In this document: in pieces, positions 1 through 23,238 of the stretch
Layout of the letters: every line of letters starts with the position of its first letter
Position numbering within the stretch: position 1 is the stretch's first letter
From: Ramazzottius varieornatus
Taxonomy: Eukaryota > Animalia > Tardigrada
Length of the DNA stretch: 64,000 nucleotides
NCBI GenBank assembly: GCA_001949185.1
Contig: BDGG01000002.1
Coordinates: 1,727,631-1,791,630, forward strand
Direction: 5' to 3'
Notes under the pieces: model-generated
What the model was told of the DNA's origin: nothing
The model's input: the letters and a program-made list of their open reading frames with translations, nothing else
Database searches by the model: none
Position numbers and translations under genes: made by a program

Positions 1-906
1 AATGATGGTCCCGTCACTCCCGTGGGTCTGAAATTCGAGGAATACATTGAATTTTCTTGCTGCAGTGACGTCACGCTGTATCGATTTCTGCCTACCATTA
101 ACGTGATTACTTTTACAATTCGAAACTGCATGGTCAGGTAAAAGTTATCTCTGTCCGTTACTTCTAGAATTGTCAGGCAGTCTGTTATGATGATTTTCAA
201 CGAAATTCTTATTGCTTCAAGTTTAGTTATCGCTGACAAACTGAGCGGACTAACGAGTCTGAAGTACCACTTCCACTTTTGGAGTGTACGACCACGACGA
301 GCCAAATCAGCTGAACTTTGCCTACTTATCGAACTCCCAACTCTAAGAGCACAGTTCACTCCAGCGTAAATCATAAAATTGATAGACTACTACTGTAGTA
401 CAGCGTCTTGCATCACACGTGTTGCCATTTTTGATGTCCATGTGATATGGCTCGTGTAACTTTCCAGATTTCGTCCAAAACACACCGTGAACGCGGCGCG
501 GTCCGGATCGCTCGTCCTTCCATTTCCGTTCCTCGACGGAGACCACACGATGACGGAATGGAAGACAGTCTAACCGGTAAATGCATCTACCGTTCAACCT
601 TCTGAAGTTCTATCAAATCGGAGGCTGGTCGACACAACGTACAAGAGAGTTATTCCAAGTGGCGCACTTTTTCATTGGTACTGGGTGGAAGCGTGCGCTA
701 GTCAAAACATCAATCTTGTACGGGTCGCTGGCCGGCACCCGGATTAGTTCTGCCTTTCTGCAAAAAAACAGTCGTCAAGGCCGTGTCCAGCACGGTATTG
801 GATAGGCACCAGAAAAATGGCAGATATGCCTGACCAGATGATTTCCCCATCAAGACCATTGTGCATGCAGTGTCTGTTGGAATATCTATAGCTGGTTTGA
901 TTATAG

Positions 907-3154
<2,248 letters not shown>

Positions 3155-3714
3155 ATTTCTCCATAGCTCGATAGCACAAAACTTCACTGTTTACCCCAAA
3201 TTAGTTTCTACCCTGGTAATGCTCAATGAACACTGTCGGTGATTTTGTCAATGCATGGGCCCTCTTCAGAGTTCCTCTTAAACTGTGCACTGTTCCAGTG
3301 TTGTTAATGGCAGACTACTCTTTTGGTCCTGCTTTTTCGTCTTTCATTCTTGCTTTTTAGATCCTTTTTCCCAGGTTTCGCCGGGGGCAGCGCACGAAGA
3401 AGAGGCAGCGGCAGACCGTGCACCGAGTCACTACGTAGAAGGTTTTCTTCCTTAGTGAAAGAGAGATTCAAGTTACCAGTGCGTTCTCGGTCTCGACAAT
3501 GTGATGGTCTCGAAGCATTAGCCTTCAGCGTACAATGTACCAGTTTACGCTTTATACAGTTTTTTAGTGCGAGCGCCGAGCGGAATAAACCGTAGCGCTG
3601 TTGAGAAGCTGTGTGACGCACAGAGGGAAATCTGTGAACAGCTGATCCACATATTAAATCATTTTCCTGTTCATGAAAAGAAAGTGACTGTGGAGCTTGG
3701 GGAGAGAAGTCTAG

Positions 3715-5784
3715 ATGGCAAAATGGGAGAAATGGACGGTGTTGGCTTGTTCCTGCCTGTTAACCTTCGCCCACAATTTCTTTTCGGAAATTACTACACC
3801 GTTGAGCCGGCGGCTGGAGGGAGATTCGACGGTGTGTAGAGTAAACAGCAGCCATCCCGATCACTGCTTGGACCTCTCAAGTACCGAATATAACGGCCTG
3901 ACCACCGCCTTCTTCTTCGCCACAGCTGTCACTTGCTTCTTCGCCGACTTGGCCCTAAAACAGTACGGGCAAAAATGGCTGTTGTGGTCGGCCGGAGCCC
4001 TTTCCGTGATCGGCGTGTAAGTAAAAGTGTAGTCAACTCGAGCAACATAGTCGGCAAACGAAATGTACAAGATCGTTGCATCCAATGGCGCACGCTTAAA
4101 TTCGAAAGCAGCAACAAATCGCTTGACACGACGATCTTGTATTTTCCGTTTGCCCACCACCAAATCGTATTTTAAATGATTTGCGGAATTCTCTGATCGA
4201 TCAATTTTAACCGAAGGTTTCCGGTAGGTTGATTTTCGCTGGCGGAAGTTACCTAGAAAATAGCCGAGCTGCTTTCGCCGTGCTGCTGGTTGGGCGTATC
4301 ATCTACGGTTTCGGTAACGGCTTCCGGACGGCGGTTTGTGGTCATCGCGTCAACAAGATATGGAAGGACAGCACCCAGATAAAGAGCTTGTTCACACTGT
4401 CGGCCCGTCTGGGTTCCGCGTTCAGCTTCCTGCTGAACGGTGGCATACTGGACACCATTGGCATGTCCAATGCCATTTGGATCGCCTTTGGTCTTACGGC
4501 TCTGTCTGCGGTCGCCGCATGGGTCGAGGGTTACATCGACACCAAAGGGTACAGTGACGACGACGACGAAGAAATTTTCGGCCGGACGTTGTGGCAGTCC
4601 ATCAAAGATGGCCTCTGGGAGTTCAGGAAGAACGTCGATAAACTTTTCTGGTTCTTCACCATTGCATACGTCGTGATTCATTCACTGATCACCACATTCA
4701 CCGCTAACGCCCCCGCTTTACTCGAGGTATTACTGTACAGCCGTATGTGAACCAACAGAAGTCGAACCTTTATTTTAGTACTCCGATGACTAACTTACTT
4801 GGGAGCTCGGTAGGCGAACTCGACTAGATTGGTTTTTCAGGTGGCGCATGCTAACAGCAGGTATCACAGCAAATGTGCGCCACCTAGGAACAACAAAGTC
4901 AATAAGATTGTTTTCCCAACCCGCGCACAAGTTTCAGCCTGCAACACCGGATACGTGCGCTACTTGGGAAAACGGGCTGTTGAGGTTGTTTGCCAGCTCC
5001 ATTTCGTAAATTCCCGGAACAGTTATCTGAAGAATCTCTTATTTTGAGCTTCACATACTGTAAATACATATGGTTTCTTATCGTATGGCCATATACATTC
5101 TCGATTGCATGTAAGAGTTTCTTGTTGTAGGATCGAGGTGGTTATTCGGAGCGCGACGCCATCTGGGTGATCGGCATCGTCTACGACATGAGTCTTCTAA
5201 TTCCGCTGGTCGGGCTGATAGTGGACAAGACAGGTCACCGCGACTACTGGATGACACTAGGAACCATCTTTATCTTCAGCGCATTCGCTGCTTACCTGTC
5301 CTCCAACCAGATCAGCGCCATTGCCATGACGGTCTTTATCGGCCTGGGCTACGCCATCTTCAGCCCCGTTTCTTCAGCCAGTACCTCCATGGTGGCTCCT
5401 GACAAGACGGAGGGCTTCTCCGAAGGACTCCTCAACTTTTTGCGCTACTTTACTGCAGGGAGCTTCGCCTTGGTTGCCGGTCTCATTTTGGACAATGACA
5501 AGGTCGAGGGCATCACCGAAAGGATGGCGTGGTACTACCTGATTGTGGCCTTGTTGGTGGTTAGCGTCGTCGGTGCGCTGGCTTCCTTGTTGATGATCTA
5601 CGCCAACCATCGGAGCGAAAAGCAGCCCTTGACAAGAGATATTAAGGAACATAAGAAGATGAAGCCAATGGAGGACGCCGAAGCCGGCGAACGAACACCA
5701 TTGATTTCCGATGGCGATTCACCGCACAGCAGCGAGAAACGAGACAAGACGCTCTCTGGAGAAAAGAGTCCTTCGTCAGCTTGA
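3715..5784 (+). CDS. MFS transporter, MFSD1-like, paralog A (3 exons: ~3715-4016, ~4229-4726, 5131-5784)
   Basis: Multiple TM helices, YNGLTTAFF, LLVGRIIYGFGNG, ARLGSAFSF, PLVGLIVDKTGHR (MFS motif A-like); collinear with paralogs B and C. Confidence 0.85.
4839..4965. repeat. Paired N27 palindrome units (MFS A intron 2)
   Basis: AGGTGGCGCA 4839-4848 / TGCGCCACCT 4876-4885 (27 nt); second degenerate unit 4918-4965 (28 nt). Confidence 0.75.
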
Positions 5785-6595
5785 ATGATGATGAGGCACC
5801 CACCTTCATCAATGCGGGGTCCGCTTTCGACAGTTCTCTGACGCCTACAGTGTAAAAATTTCGTATCCAAATTTTGGTGTTGGTCTTACCCACTTCGCCT
5901 GTGTACAAGTAAAATACTCCTCGTTTGTAGCATTCGCCACCGAAGCTTGTTACCGCCGGTTCGAGTGGTAGTCTCTGACCTAGCCGGCAGATATCTTTTG
6001 CCGACACTGCCTACGTGTAGTAACGGGAAAGTTGCGTAACTTGAAGCGAAGAACACGCACAATGGTTCTCCGAACGCGTGGAGACGATTATGGTTGGCGA
6101 TCCCCGAAAGGCTTTTTCCCTTTCCTGTCGTCTGGCGGTCTACCTTCAGTACTACAGCGGGGTTCTCCGACGACGTGGTACGGAACCAACCTGATCACAT
6201 TTACCCTGGTCGGCTCCAGTGGTAACTTTTGGACACTCTAACTACCAGTGTGGATGTCGCATTCTACCTTGAGCGTGGTAAGTTATACAGTGAAGCCGGT
6301 GATGGTTGGGGCGGGAGTGTGGGTGGAAAAACCGAGCGGTAAGAAACACGAAAAACAAAAGTTTGCATAACTACTGATTTCCACAATATGCACATCTTCA
6401 ACAACAATTGCCTGCCTGAAGCTTGTAGGAAATTAGCAAAGCTTGCGGCTATACTGTACTTGCAGCAACCGACTGCTGGTTATTTCATCCGTTAAGACTA
6501 GTATAGTAGCTGCGTCCTATCTGCAAAATTCGCAGTTTGTCATTCTTCGCCGTAACGCTCGGTCTGGAGCAGGGTTGAACATTAGCAACCTGATC

Positions 6596-8909
6596 ATGAG
6601 TCCCGCCGCCGCCATGAAGACTGTCCCCAGCATGTCGACGACCATGCAACCCGAGCTGGCTCGGCCCATCACCCGCATCTGCGTAGTGGGCGCGGGTCTC
6701 TCCGGCCTGTGTACTCTGCGCCACTTCACGGCCGATCCAGCCTACAAGGTGACGGCATATGAGCAGCAAGACCGGGTCGGCGGCCTGTGGAACTATCCGG
6801 AAGGCTGCGAGAACTACAAGAACCTGCAAGACGATACATCGCCCTACTTTTGCCGCATGCATCGCAACCTCAAGACCAACGCCACCAAGTTCTTCATGAC
6901 GTTCGCCGGCGAACCGCGCATGACTGAGGAAATGGACATGTTCCCCACACCGCAGATGGTCGGCAAGTACCTCAAGACCTATGCAGAGTACCATGGCTTG
7001 TACAACCACATTAAGGTATGGAAGTAAGAATATATTCCTTTTTCAAAAATACATCGCATCTATCGTCGATCGTGGATGGCATGAAGCTAGCTGATGGACT
7101 GTTGTCCTTTGCAGATGAGACACGTTGTCAAAAGCATCTCTCCGCTCGGGGACAACCCACAGAATCCCAAAGGTAAGCAAGCTGAGAACGTCGCTTTTGT
7201 CTTATGCAAGCTCGGCAAACAGACTCAAGTGGCCCACGTTTTCAGCCCATGATTACTAGAAATGTTAGTGAAACAAGCTCGACCAGAACATTCTGACGCA
7301 TGCTTCCAGCCAATACCACTGAGAACGCACGCCACTTGGGGGAACAACTGGTCGAGGTGGCTGAAACGAGCTCCCGCTATGGTTCACGCTGCTCTCTGTG
7401 CGGTATGCAGCAATGAGATTCTGTAAAATTCCCAGTGAAAAAACATCAGAAAAAAATTCTAAAAAGGGACATATCGCTTTTCCAGTGGTGAAGTAGTAGT
7501 AAGAGGGGGAAAACCACTAGTTGCTGCAGGTGTTTTGGTTTTTGCGGTTGAGCAAGGCTTCAGACTTTCCGTCGGAAAAACCTGGCAGACAGAAGGGCTG
7601 CAGGCATTTCGTGTCCGAAATTGCTTTACCTAAGTGCCTCGTCTACTCAGCCGAGTAAACGAGTAAATAAGAATGTGCCAGAAAGACATCAAATAATGTG
7701 TAAATTTAGCGGTAACGACTTTCCGATGTTCACGTTCAAGACTCGTGCGGAAGACCACAACGAGCTGCACCTGTCACTCACAGCTAATTCAACCAAAACA
7801 CTGAGTCAAAAACTGAACGGTTGATTTTAACTTGGAAGAGTTACCTTTCTTCTTCGGCCATACGTATATTTCAGCTGTAATTTGGTGATTCCTTGAATTG
7901 CAGAAAAACAGCGCTGGAAGGTAGTTGTGTTCGACTTAGCCACCAGTTCGTTGAACGAGGAAATCTTTGATGTGGTCATCATTTGCAATGGGTGAGTGGA
8001 ATTACAGTCTCAACATTTCAAAGAGAAAATGGTGAATTTGGCGTGAGATGTACAGCTTGGTGCCGTTACAGACAATACCGCAAGCTTCACACTCCCGACA
8101 TTCCCACCCTGGAGAACTTCGGCGGCACGGTCCTTCACAGCGGGGAATACCGCACTCGACAACCCTTCCAGAACCAGAACGTCCTTCTCATCGGTTCGGG
8201 CCAATCAGCCAATGACCTGACCTGCGATCTACGCGTGGTGGTCAACAAGATGCTGGTGGTTCGTCGCCGACAGACCGACACATTCGACGACACGGCCCGC
8301 TTCCCCAATATCCTCCGCATCTCCGAACCGTTGCACTTCACAACCAACGGTGTCATTCTGGATGACGGTCAAGTGATGCCATTAGACACGGTGATTTTGT
8401 GCACGGGCTACGATCTAGACTTCCCCTTTTTGACCCCGGAATGTCGTGTCAAGTTCAACCGAGGGAGGGTTTGGCCCTTGTACCACCACATGATCAACTG
8501 CGACTATCCCACGATGGCCTTCATCGGCTGTATCCTCAAAGCGATACCGGTCCTGCCGGTGGTGGAAGACCAAGTGCGCTACTATAAGGTTCTGCTGGAC
8601 GGAGGCTTCAGCTTGCCTTCCACGGAGGAAATGAAGGCAGAATGCGAGCAGGACTATCAGAGCAGGATGAAGAAGGGTATGAGCGATCACAAGGCCCATG
8701 TCATGAGACCCTTTGACCTACGCCTACTCCCCTACCTCGATCAACTGGCGAAGGAAGCCGATCTGATACCTTGGACTTTGGTCATGCGCAAGATAGCCAT
8801 AACATGTGACAATTCTAATACGGTGGAGCCCTGTGACGCCAGAAACTATCATTTTGATATCATCAACGGCGAGAACTTTACCATGAAGAGAATCCAGGAA
8901 AGCTCATAA
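6596..8909 (+). CDS. Flavin-containing monooxygenase (class B FMO)
   Basis: FAD motif ICVVGAGLSG, EQQDRVGGLW, FMO fingerprint FGGTVLHSGEY, NADPH motif IGSGQSA, VILCTGY; GT-AG introns near 7016-7114, 7173-7903, 7993-8072. Start chosen at first in-frame ATG. Confidence 0.92.
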
Positions 8910-10890
8910 AGTCACTCCACCTTTTTATGTTATTTTGACTAATTCGCACCTCTTCCTCATCGAACATTCGTTATCTTCAATCCCGACTATGTCTTGCATT
9001 TACATAATGTTCCACACACCATGCTGCACATGTATACTAGCCACTTAGAGTGTAGTACGTAGCATCTATAAACGCGAACAACGCTTTTCACACCGTTTCA
9101 GAGTTGAATACTACTTTTTCCCACGCATACGGTCCCCCCACCTGGTTTGCCTTGAACTTGGGATAACTAAATGTGCCGGGAGTATGGTCACAGACTCACA
9201 GCGTCCAATCAAATTCTGAACGAATCGCAACGCGTAGTATGTAATAAGCGTTTAGAGATAGACTTTGCTTTCATCGTAGTTGTCCACCTGCCTAACAAGG
9301 GGTTATCCCACCTCTTTTTAGTCAAGTTGTCCTAGCGGAACGATAGAGAAGATTCTCCTCTTGGATTGGAGCCGAATTTCGCGGCGATCCTTCCATTACT
9401 CAAGTGGCGTCCATTGACCACTCAAGTAAGCTACAGTGTCGTAAAGTTCGTTTGTCGCTAAGACACCGAATAATGGTTTGTCGCCAGAACACCCTGACGA
9501 TGCCTGATAGCACACCGTCCGGCCCAGTCTGACGATACACCCTCAACTGCAGCTGTCGAATCAGTCGCAGTTTCTTCAATCAACCTCCTAGGTCTTAATC
9601 AAAGATCTTCACTTCACTACAGTAATTTAGATCCGTTCACTTCCGGATCCTGCAGATTAATTCAGGTTCGGCGCGGGTTTAAGCTACCTGGCTCAGATGC
9701 AAGATGAACTTTCCTCTATCGTTTCGTCAGGATAATTTGACCAAAAAGAGCTGGGGGCAAGCACAATCCCCTTGTGAGTCAGTGCGTCGTCGGGTTGGAA
9801 AGCCCATATCCTATCGAAGCGGATTTTTTGGCAAGCTGGTCTCACATGAACGCGCGGTTTAGCTGCTTTAGCAGCACTACAGTGTTTCTTCGATGTTTGA
9901 CCTGCACTCCAAATATTATCTAATACCAACCTCAGCTGGGCGTCTCTTGGATCAAGTGAACGACGAGCCTTCATGGCAGACGCTAGGGGACGTGCGGTGG
10001 ATAATTGGCTACCTGACCGTATTGTTTCGGGTTAGCTGACGAAGCCCGATGTTAGCCCGCGTACCTTCTCCGGTCATCGCTGCTCCGCGGTTTCTGTGTT
10101 TCTATCTCGCTGCCTTCGTGTTCTCCTAGAGGTGAATGCTCGGATATCGTGGGAGTCACCCTAGGATGTGAGATGAATGATTAGCCACCTCAGCCTACCT
10201 GACTGCTTTGCTTCAGGTTGTTCGACGTAGCCCCGGGTTGGCCAGATCAACTTCGCCTATCTGCCTGCCTTGGTACGGTGTGACGCATCAATTCTGATAG
10301 GCGTGTTGGTGTGCTGCGCCTCTACCCCAATCACGTTCAATACAATTTGTCCACTCTTGCGTAATTTCCGGGCTACACAGCCGCGGGACTGTGCAGAATA
10401 TAAGCAGTCTGCCAATAGTCCTAAACTGTGGTTGAAGCAATACCGCTCCTTTACAGTTCAAACTGCCGTACGAGACGCATACCACTGTTCCAGAAGCCAT
10501 AATTTCAAGAGCCGCATTGAAATTCTCTTGACAAGAATTCTCATTGCAGATCTACAACCAGCACACCACCGTTCCATAAAGACATCAGATATTATCGACC
10601 TTTCCTTTTGCAGGTGGGCACCGAACATGTTTCCGGTCTCATAGCGATCTATGAGATGGTTCAGATGGCCGAACATGAACATATAACTACCGCCTTTTTA
10701 CAATATTCGTAGATATCGATTTGGAATTCGGTTTTGTAGTGAATCCGCTGTCGACAATGCGGAACCTGAACATCTTAAAAGTAAATCCAACAACAACGCG
10801 TCTTTTAGAAACTTCAGCAAAAATGCATATGAAAAGTAGCGAGCGCCAAAAGTCACATCTGCGGTCCCTCAATAGACGCAGAGTAGGTGC

Positions 10891-17845
<6,955 letters not shown>

Positions 17846-18620
17846 GGCTACTTTCCCGGTCGATCACTCCCGCTGGTAAACCCTAACAAACTCATGCGAC
17901 TTCCGCATGCATCAAACCGACAGAAGTCGGGGAAATCTTAATATCTACGCCACACATATTTGCTACAGCCGGGTCCTCCTGCTGGGTGCAACGAGGTTTG
18001 ACGAATAAAATGAAAGCGAACTTCTGACTTTCAGAGTGGATGTGATTTTAAGGCAGTCGACTGTTGGAGCTCGGTCACAGATCGAGCTACCGAACCACGG
18101 AAGATCTGCGCCAGTTGTAAAAGCATGCGCTGTCGAACGCCGGCTACTCAAAAATCCACCTGTCTTTAGCTTTTTCTTGTAGTTGAGTAAGCGCGATGTG
18201 CTCCAGATCTTGTTAGACTGCTTTCAGCACCACTATCAGACCCTTGGGCGTTTTCTTACATGGTTCTATCAAATAAAGTGACAAACTGCAGACGCGTTGA
18301 AAATCGGAATTTCCCACTAGCCCACGTGTATTTGTCCTTGCCGGCTTGCGGAGTACAGTATGTTAGAAGTTAAACCCAAGGCAGGACAACACACCGAAAG
18401 TACCATCAAATATTCGTCAAGGTATTGTACAATATACTGTGTACAAAAGGAGCAGAATTCTTTCGACAAAATAAGGCTTTTCATTAAGTATACCATGTTG
18501 TCAATCATATGATCGAGCAGAGAGACAGAAGTAGGTGAACGAGCCGTTGTGTGTACCGTAGAGCCGTATAACATGGAAGCAGAAGCACTTAGCACAACTG
18601 ATCTAATACGCACCGCGGCC

Positions 18621-19022
18621 TAGAGCACTGGGCCGCAGGTCCAAAAGTACGCTGGGCTGTGCTGCAAAACGTTTATGCCCAGTGGCTAAGCAGCTGTGCT
18701 GTAGATGCAAGTTGACCTGGTGCAACTGCGCGGAGCGCCGATGTACGTATTGGCGTGGTTTGAATTTAGTCAGTGAAATCGGTAGTCAACCTGGAGAACG
18801 TTGCCCTAAAGTGCGGCAAAGCTGAGACGGCTGACGTTCGAATGCCCAAAAATCTGTAATTTTTGATAGTTTTCGGTAGGTGCATCTGCGCGGTAGTCTA
18901 TGGCTTTCTGCTGTATGCTGTGCTGTGCCGCACAAATTTCGTCAGTTCACGCGCTGCAGCTCTGCTGCAGCACAGCACAGCTGCATTGCAGTGCAGCGCA
19001 TGCGGCCAGATTCCGTGCTCTA
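18621..19022. mobile_element. Non-autonomous hAT-like MITE (402 bp)
   Basis: Terminal inverted repeats TAGAGCAC...GTGCTCTA, exact 8-bp flanking direct repeat CCGCGGCC (18613-18620 and 19023-19030), subterminal GCTGTGCTG/CAGCACAGC repeats. Confidence 0.8.
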
Positions 19023-22000
19023 CCGCGGCCACACTCGGGTAGAATCGTGATTCATTTGGCCGGTCTGGCTCGCACCGTCTAGCTCACCGGGTTACCCCGA
19101 GAAAAATGAAATTTTCCCAAGTCATAAATTTCAGCGTAGCTTCGTCACAGTGCCAGTCAGGCAATGAACCTATCATTGAAGGACTGGTGTGACGTACATA
19201 CGTGTCCCTCTACCCCCCCCTCTAGTCTCTCTGATCGAGTACGTTTCGGCGCCGGGCGCAGAAAACGGAGAGGGGTATGTGGCAGGATCAGCCCTTTCTG
19301 CCTCTGCAGGCAGTACAGGTCGGGTGGCGTTCCGAAAATCTAATTTACTCGCTGATTGGACGCCACAATACTGTATATAGATCTGTTGTATCCGAAATAT
19401 TAATACGTACGTCGATTTCCGAACCGACCCACGAATAGGCCGCAGTTGTCGCAAAACCAAATTCCTAAATAATTAGACACGAAGTACAGGGCTTCGGGCG
19501 GTATGTGAGGAGAGCAAGTTTACGTTAGGAATTTTCACCCCAGCAACCACAGCAAAAAGTGGTGCCATCTGTCGTGGTACCCTGACCGAAGCTTAATGAG
19601 CAGAAAGGTAGGCGGTGGAGTCCCTCGGTTCTTCCAGCGAAAACAAGCCCTTCAACTGGACCAGTCTTCCCTTAGTCCGGTGAGTTTCGTTGTCGTTCCC
19701 TGCATGTGGATGGTTAGTGTTATCAGTTTCATCCAGAGAGTGTAATGAATTGATGGGCTGGTGCCCATTTCATGCATCGATTCCCATCAGAGACTTGTCC
19801 CGATGACCGATGCTAAGCGGCGCATCGCATCGCACCGATACACCGCCGATCTCTTGGATGTCCCCCTGCATATTCCTTCAACTCAGTTGGAATGTTGACT
19901 GACAGAAATAAGCCATCCTTCAGCCAGCTTTCATCTGATGGTAAGCGATCTTGCGCAGCACTTTTTCACGCCGTTGCAGTCTACGTCTCCATCTCAGGCT
20001 GTCAAGGAACGGGAAGTCGGACTTATCCGCATGCTGACGACATGAAGCAATCTAAATTTAAATCACGGTCAGAAGAACAAATTGCTCTGCTTAAACTGTA
20101 GCGAAGGCTACGAGATGCAATCGCAGAACTGAATCGACTAAATAGCCATGATTCTTGCGCAGCTTTTAGCGGTTCTTGCTATCTCTTTCCTTCTCAGTTA
20201 CTAAAATCAGAACCAGACATATTCTTCGGTGCCACACGACAAATTCTTCCACTTCCTTCACCTCCCATAAGAACACTCAATCGCCTTCCGATCATTCGTC
20301 AGGCACTTAAATCTGAGCTGCGCATTACAGCGTGCCATTGTTCGCCATTCCGAAATCGCCGTATTTATCACGGTGCTTTTCCGAAATCTTCCAATAACGA
20401 TAGACTATTTTTGGATTTTGCTCTGTGACCAACTGGAAATCAGATTATCGGGAGGGAAAAACCAACATCAATTTTGCCTGGATGTGCTCTACTATTATCG
20501 TTCATTTGGATGAATATTTTTTCAAGAAGGTCGCGCAATCAAATTTAAGTGGGGGAATGTTTGGCCAAGGCAGATTTGACCGTCTTCTCGGCAGAAACTT
20601 ATTGGCAAAGAGCAATCTGGGACGAGGGGGCCTTGAGGAGCGGAAAGAGCCGAGCGGACGGGCTGTTGCCAAAAGGGAGTCATCAGGAGGAATAGTTCAA
20701 CGTCGTATTTGCAAGTCAAATCAGCCTCTATCGATCGACATCGCCCTCTCCCAACTTTTTCGGCATGCACTACTCCTCAACAACAAGCAAGTTAGTTTAT
20801 CGACTTTTGGACTCAACGTTGGACGTGCGCATCCGGCCAGTGATAAAACAACCGGCCGAAGGAAAAGAGATGGATGGACGAAGGGAGCTTGTTGTGACAG
20901 GAATGAATAGAGAGGATATATATGTGCATATATACGCAGGCGCTATGCTCCAGCGCCCAAATTGACTTTCCTGCCTTTTCTTCCCGTTCCCTTTTCCCCC
21001 ACTACACACAGTGTTGGAATGCGCTCAAAATGGGTCGATGGCTGTCAAGTCTGGCCGAAGGAAGAAAGTTGGCCAATCTAAGGACTTTCGTACACTGCGC
21101 CAGGCCGAAAATAGAACAGGGAAAATGAAGGAAGGGGAGGAAGGAAGAGGCTAATACTCTGGAGGCCCATTCGCTGCTTGGACGCTGAAAGAGGAAACTT
21201 TACTACACTGCATGGGAAGGGATGGTTGCGGCGCAGCTTTTTTGCAGAAGTCCATCGATCGGTTTGTGTTATCGTAGGCTGTGGCTCGGGCCCATTCCCC
21301 GATTACTCTTTGCAAAAGCTGAAGCTCCAGTTTCAACTCTGGGTATAAACATTCCGGCTAGCTTCTGTGAGCTTGCAGCCACTAAAGGCAGTAACAGTAT
21401 AGTGAACACTTGTCATCCCCATCAATATCCGACATTTATCCCTCCGTCCACCGCCGCAGACAGTCTGACATGTTGTTGTGGCACGCATTGCATCAGCTTC
21501 GGCACTTTGACCGATTAGCTCTCGGGCTTTTTACCCCATGTCTTTTCACGAAGTCGGATGTGTGGCTGCCATAATGGAAGGTAAGTTATTCTGCTACAGC
21601 ACAAAAGCGAGAATTCGTCCTGTTGATTAAGTTTCTCATTGAGCGGAGGTGTATCGTATTGTAAGTGCGACTGCGGGACAGAAAGAAGTTTATTGGGCGG
21701 ATGTCATCATTTTGGGATATGTGCGATGGGTATTATACATGTGGGAGTAAAGTCTATTTTGATCCCACTTGCTTTTCCTATATTTACTTCCGCTGTCTGT
21801 AACACATTATCCACTAAACACCGACCAGCAGACAGACCAGCAGGTGCTAAAAATATGCTTGAACCCGCGCACATGTGTGTCACGCACGCAGCATATCTGA
21901 ATTTTTCAGAACGAAGTTGAATGAGAATTGTCGTACGCAAAACTCAGTTCTTTCCTCCACTTTGCTCCGATGCATCTCTGATGCTCCTTCTGAACCAAGA

Positions 22001-23238
22001 ACCTTAGCTTACCTCGCAAGCCAATCGGCGAAAATTCCTGCACAGTGTAGGAGAAAGTAGTTGTTCGTTACTCCAGAACCGTTTGACTCAAAGTAATAAT
22101 TTCTTCTCGAAGACTCTGAAAGCTTTGAGATTTATAGAAAAAGCTCGCCGTTGATACTGTTGACTTTAGCTCAGTAGCATCTATAACCTGGTACCAGACG
22201 GGGGGACTGGCCTCGCGATAGTTGATTATTCAGAAGCTGAAATTTTCTTTGCTTGATCATCCTGAATAACAAACAGGCCTATGAAGCGGCGAGGCAAAAT
22301 TTCTCGCTAGTCCAAGACGAAGGGAAAGGAGAACGCGGGAGTATGGCATGATTGAATTATTGTTGACTGATGGCCAGTCCTAGCCTGAATGACTATCATC
22401 AATGGCGCTTCTGCCCATAATCAACCTAAATGTTGTCCTTTTCCCCCATCCTCATTCTATACCGACTCCTTTCTCCTCAGTGCGTTCCAACAGCACAGCA
22501 ACTTGAGAAACAGGATGGCTGTTCAAACAAGCTACACACTAGCCGCGTTGATTCACCCCACAAACATTCCTCATCTTCAATCAACCGTAAGCAGTACGAG
22601 ATAATATAAAATGTCGCAACTTCATCCAACACACTTGCGTTTCTTTGAGTCATTGCAACTCCGGTCTTATTACCCTCATCCATTAGGCGTGCAATATTGG
22701 AATGGAACAAAAGTACAGATGTTACTGTTCACATCATCTCCTGGTGTCTATCGCTGCATTGACTGTACAATTCTGCATTGTTGACTTGCTTTGCAGGGCA
22801 ACATGCAGAAACGAGCAAAGAAACTGCATTTCGCTACGAGCATTTCGGAAGTTCGCCATCATGCCAAGACAGTGGCCGGAGGGTCAATGCATCTTCCCCA
22901 TCTAGACTTTCGCCACTTAGAAATTTATTCAGACAAGTGGACGGAGTGTTAGATAGGGCAAGATTCATTGACCAACGCAACCTGACCAGCTCCAAGTCCG
23001 CCAATCACAAGAGTGATCGGCAACAGGCCACCAATCCATGCAGTGAGGTAAGTGCCAGCGCCTGGCGGTGACACACAAATCGTGCCCGAAACCTCGGCGG
23101 TCCAGTCGTCTGTGCACTTTTGTTCCCTAGCAGCACACCAGTGGAAAAAAGTCGACATTGAATGACTCATCTGGAAGAAGGCTTGTGTTGTTGTTTTTTT
23201 TATAAAAATGGTAGATGCTTTTTTTCTGACGGTGAAAC

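Noticed and set aside
8910-10890. Short ORFs between FMO and ABCC (e.g. 9693-9974, 10270-10644)
   Set aside because: No recognisable motifs or consistent exon structure; likely intergenic or decayed repeat.
19040-23200. ORFs such as 20425-20910 in the long intergenic region
   Set aside because: No homology recognised, non-ATG starts, no splice-consistent model.
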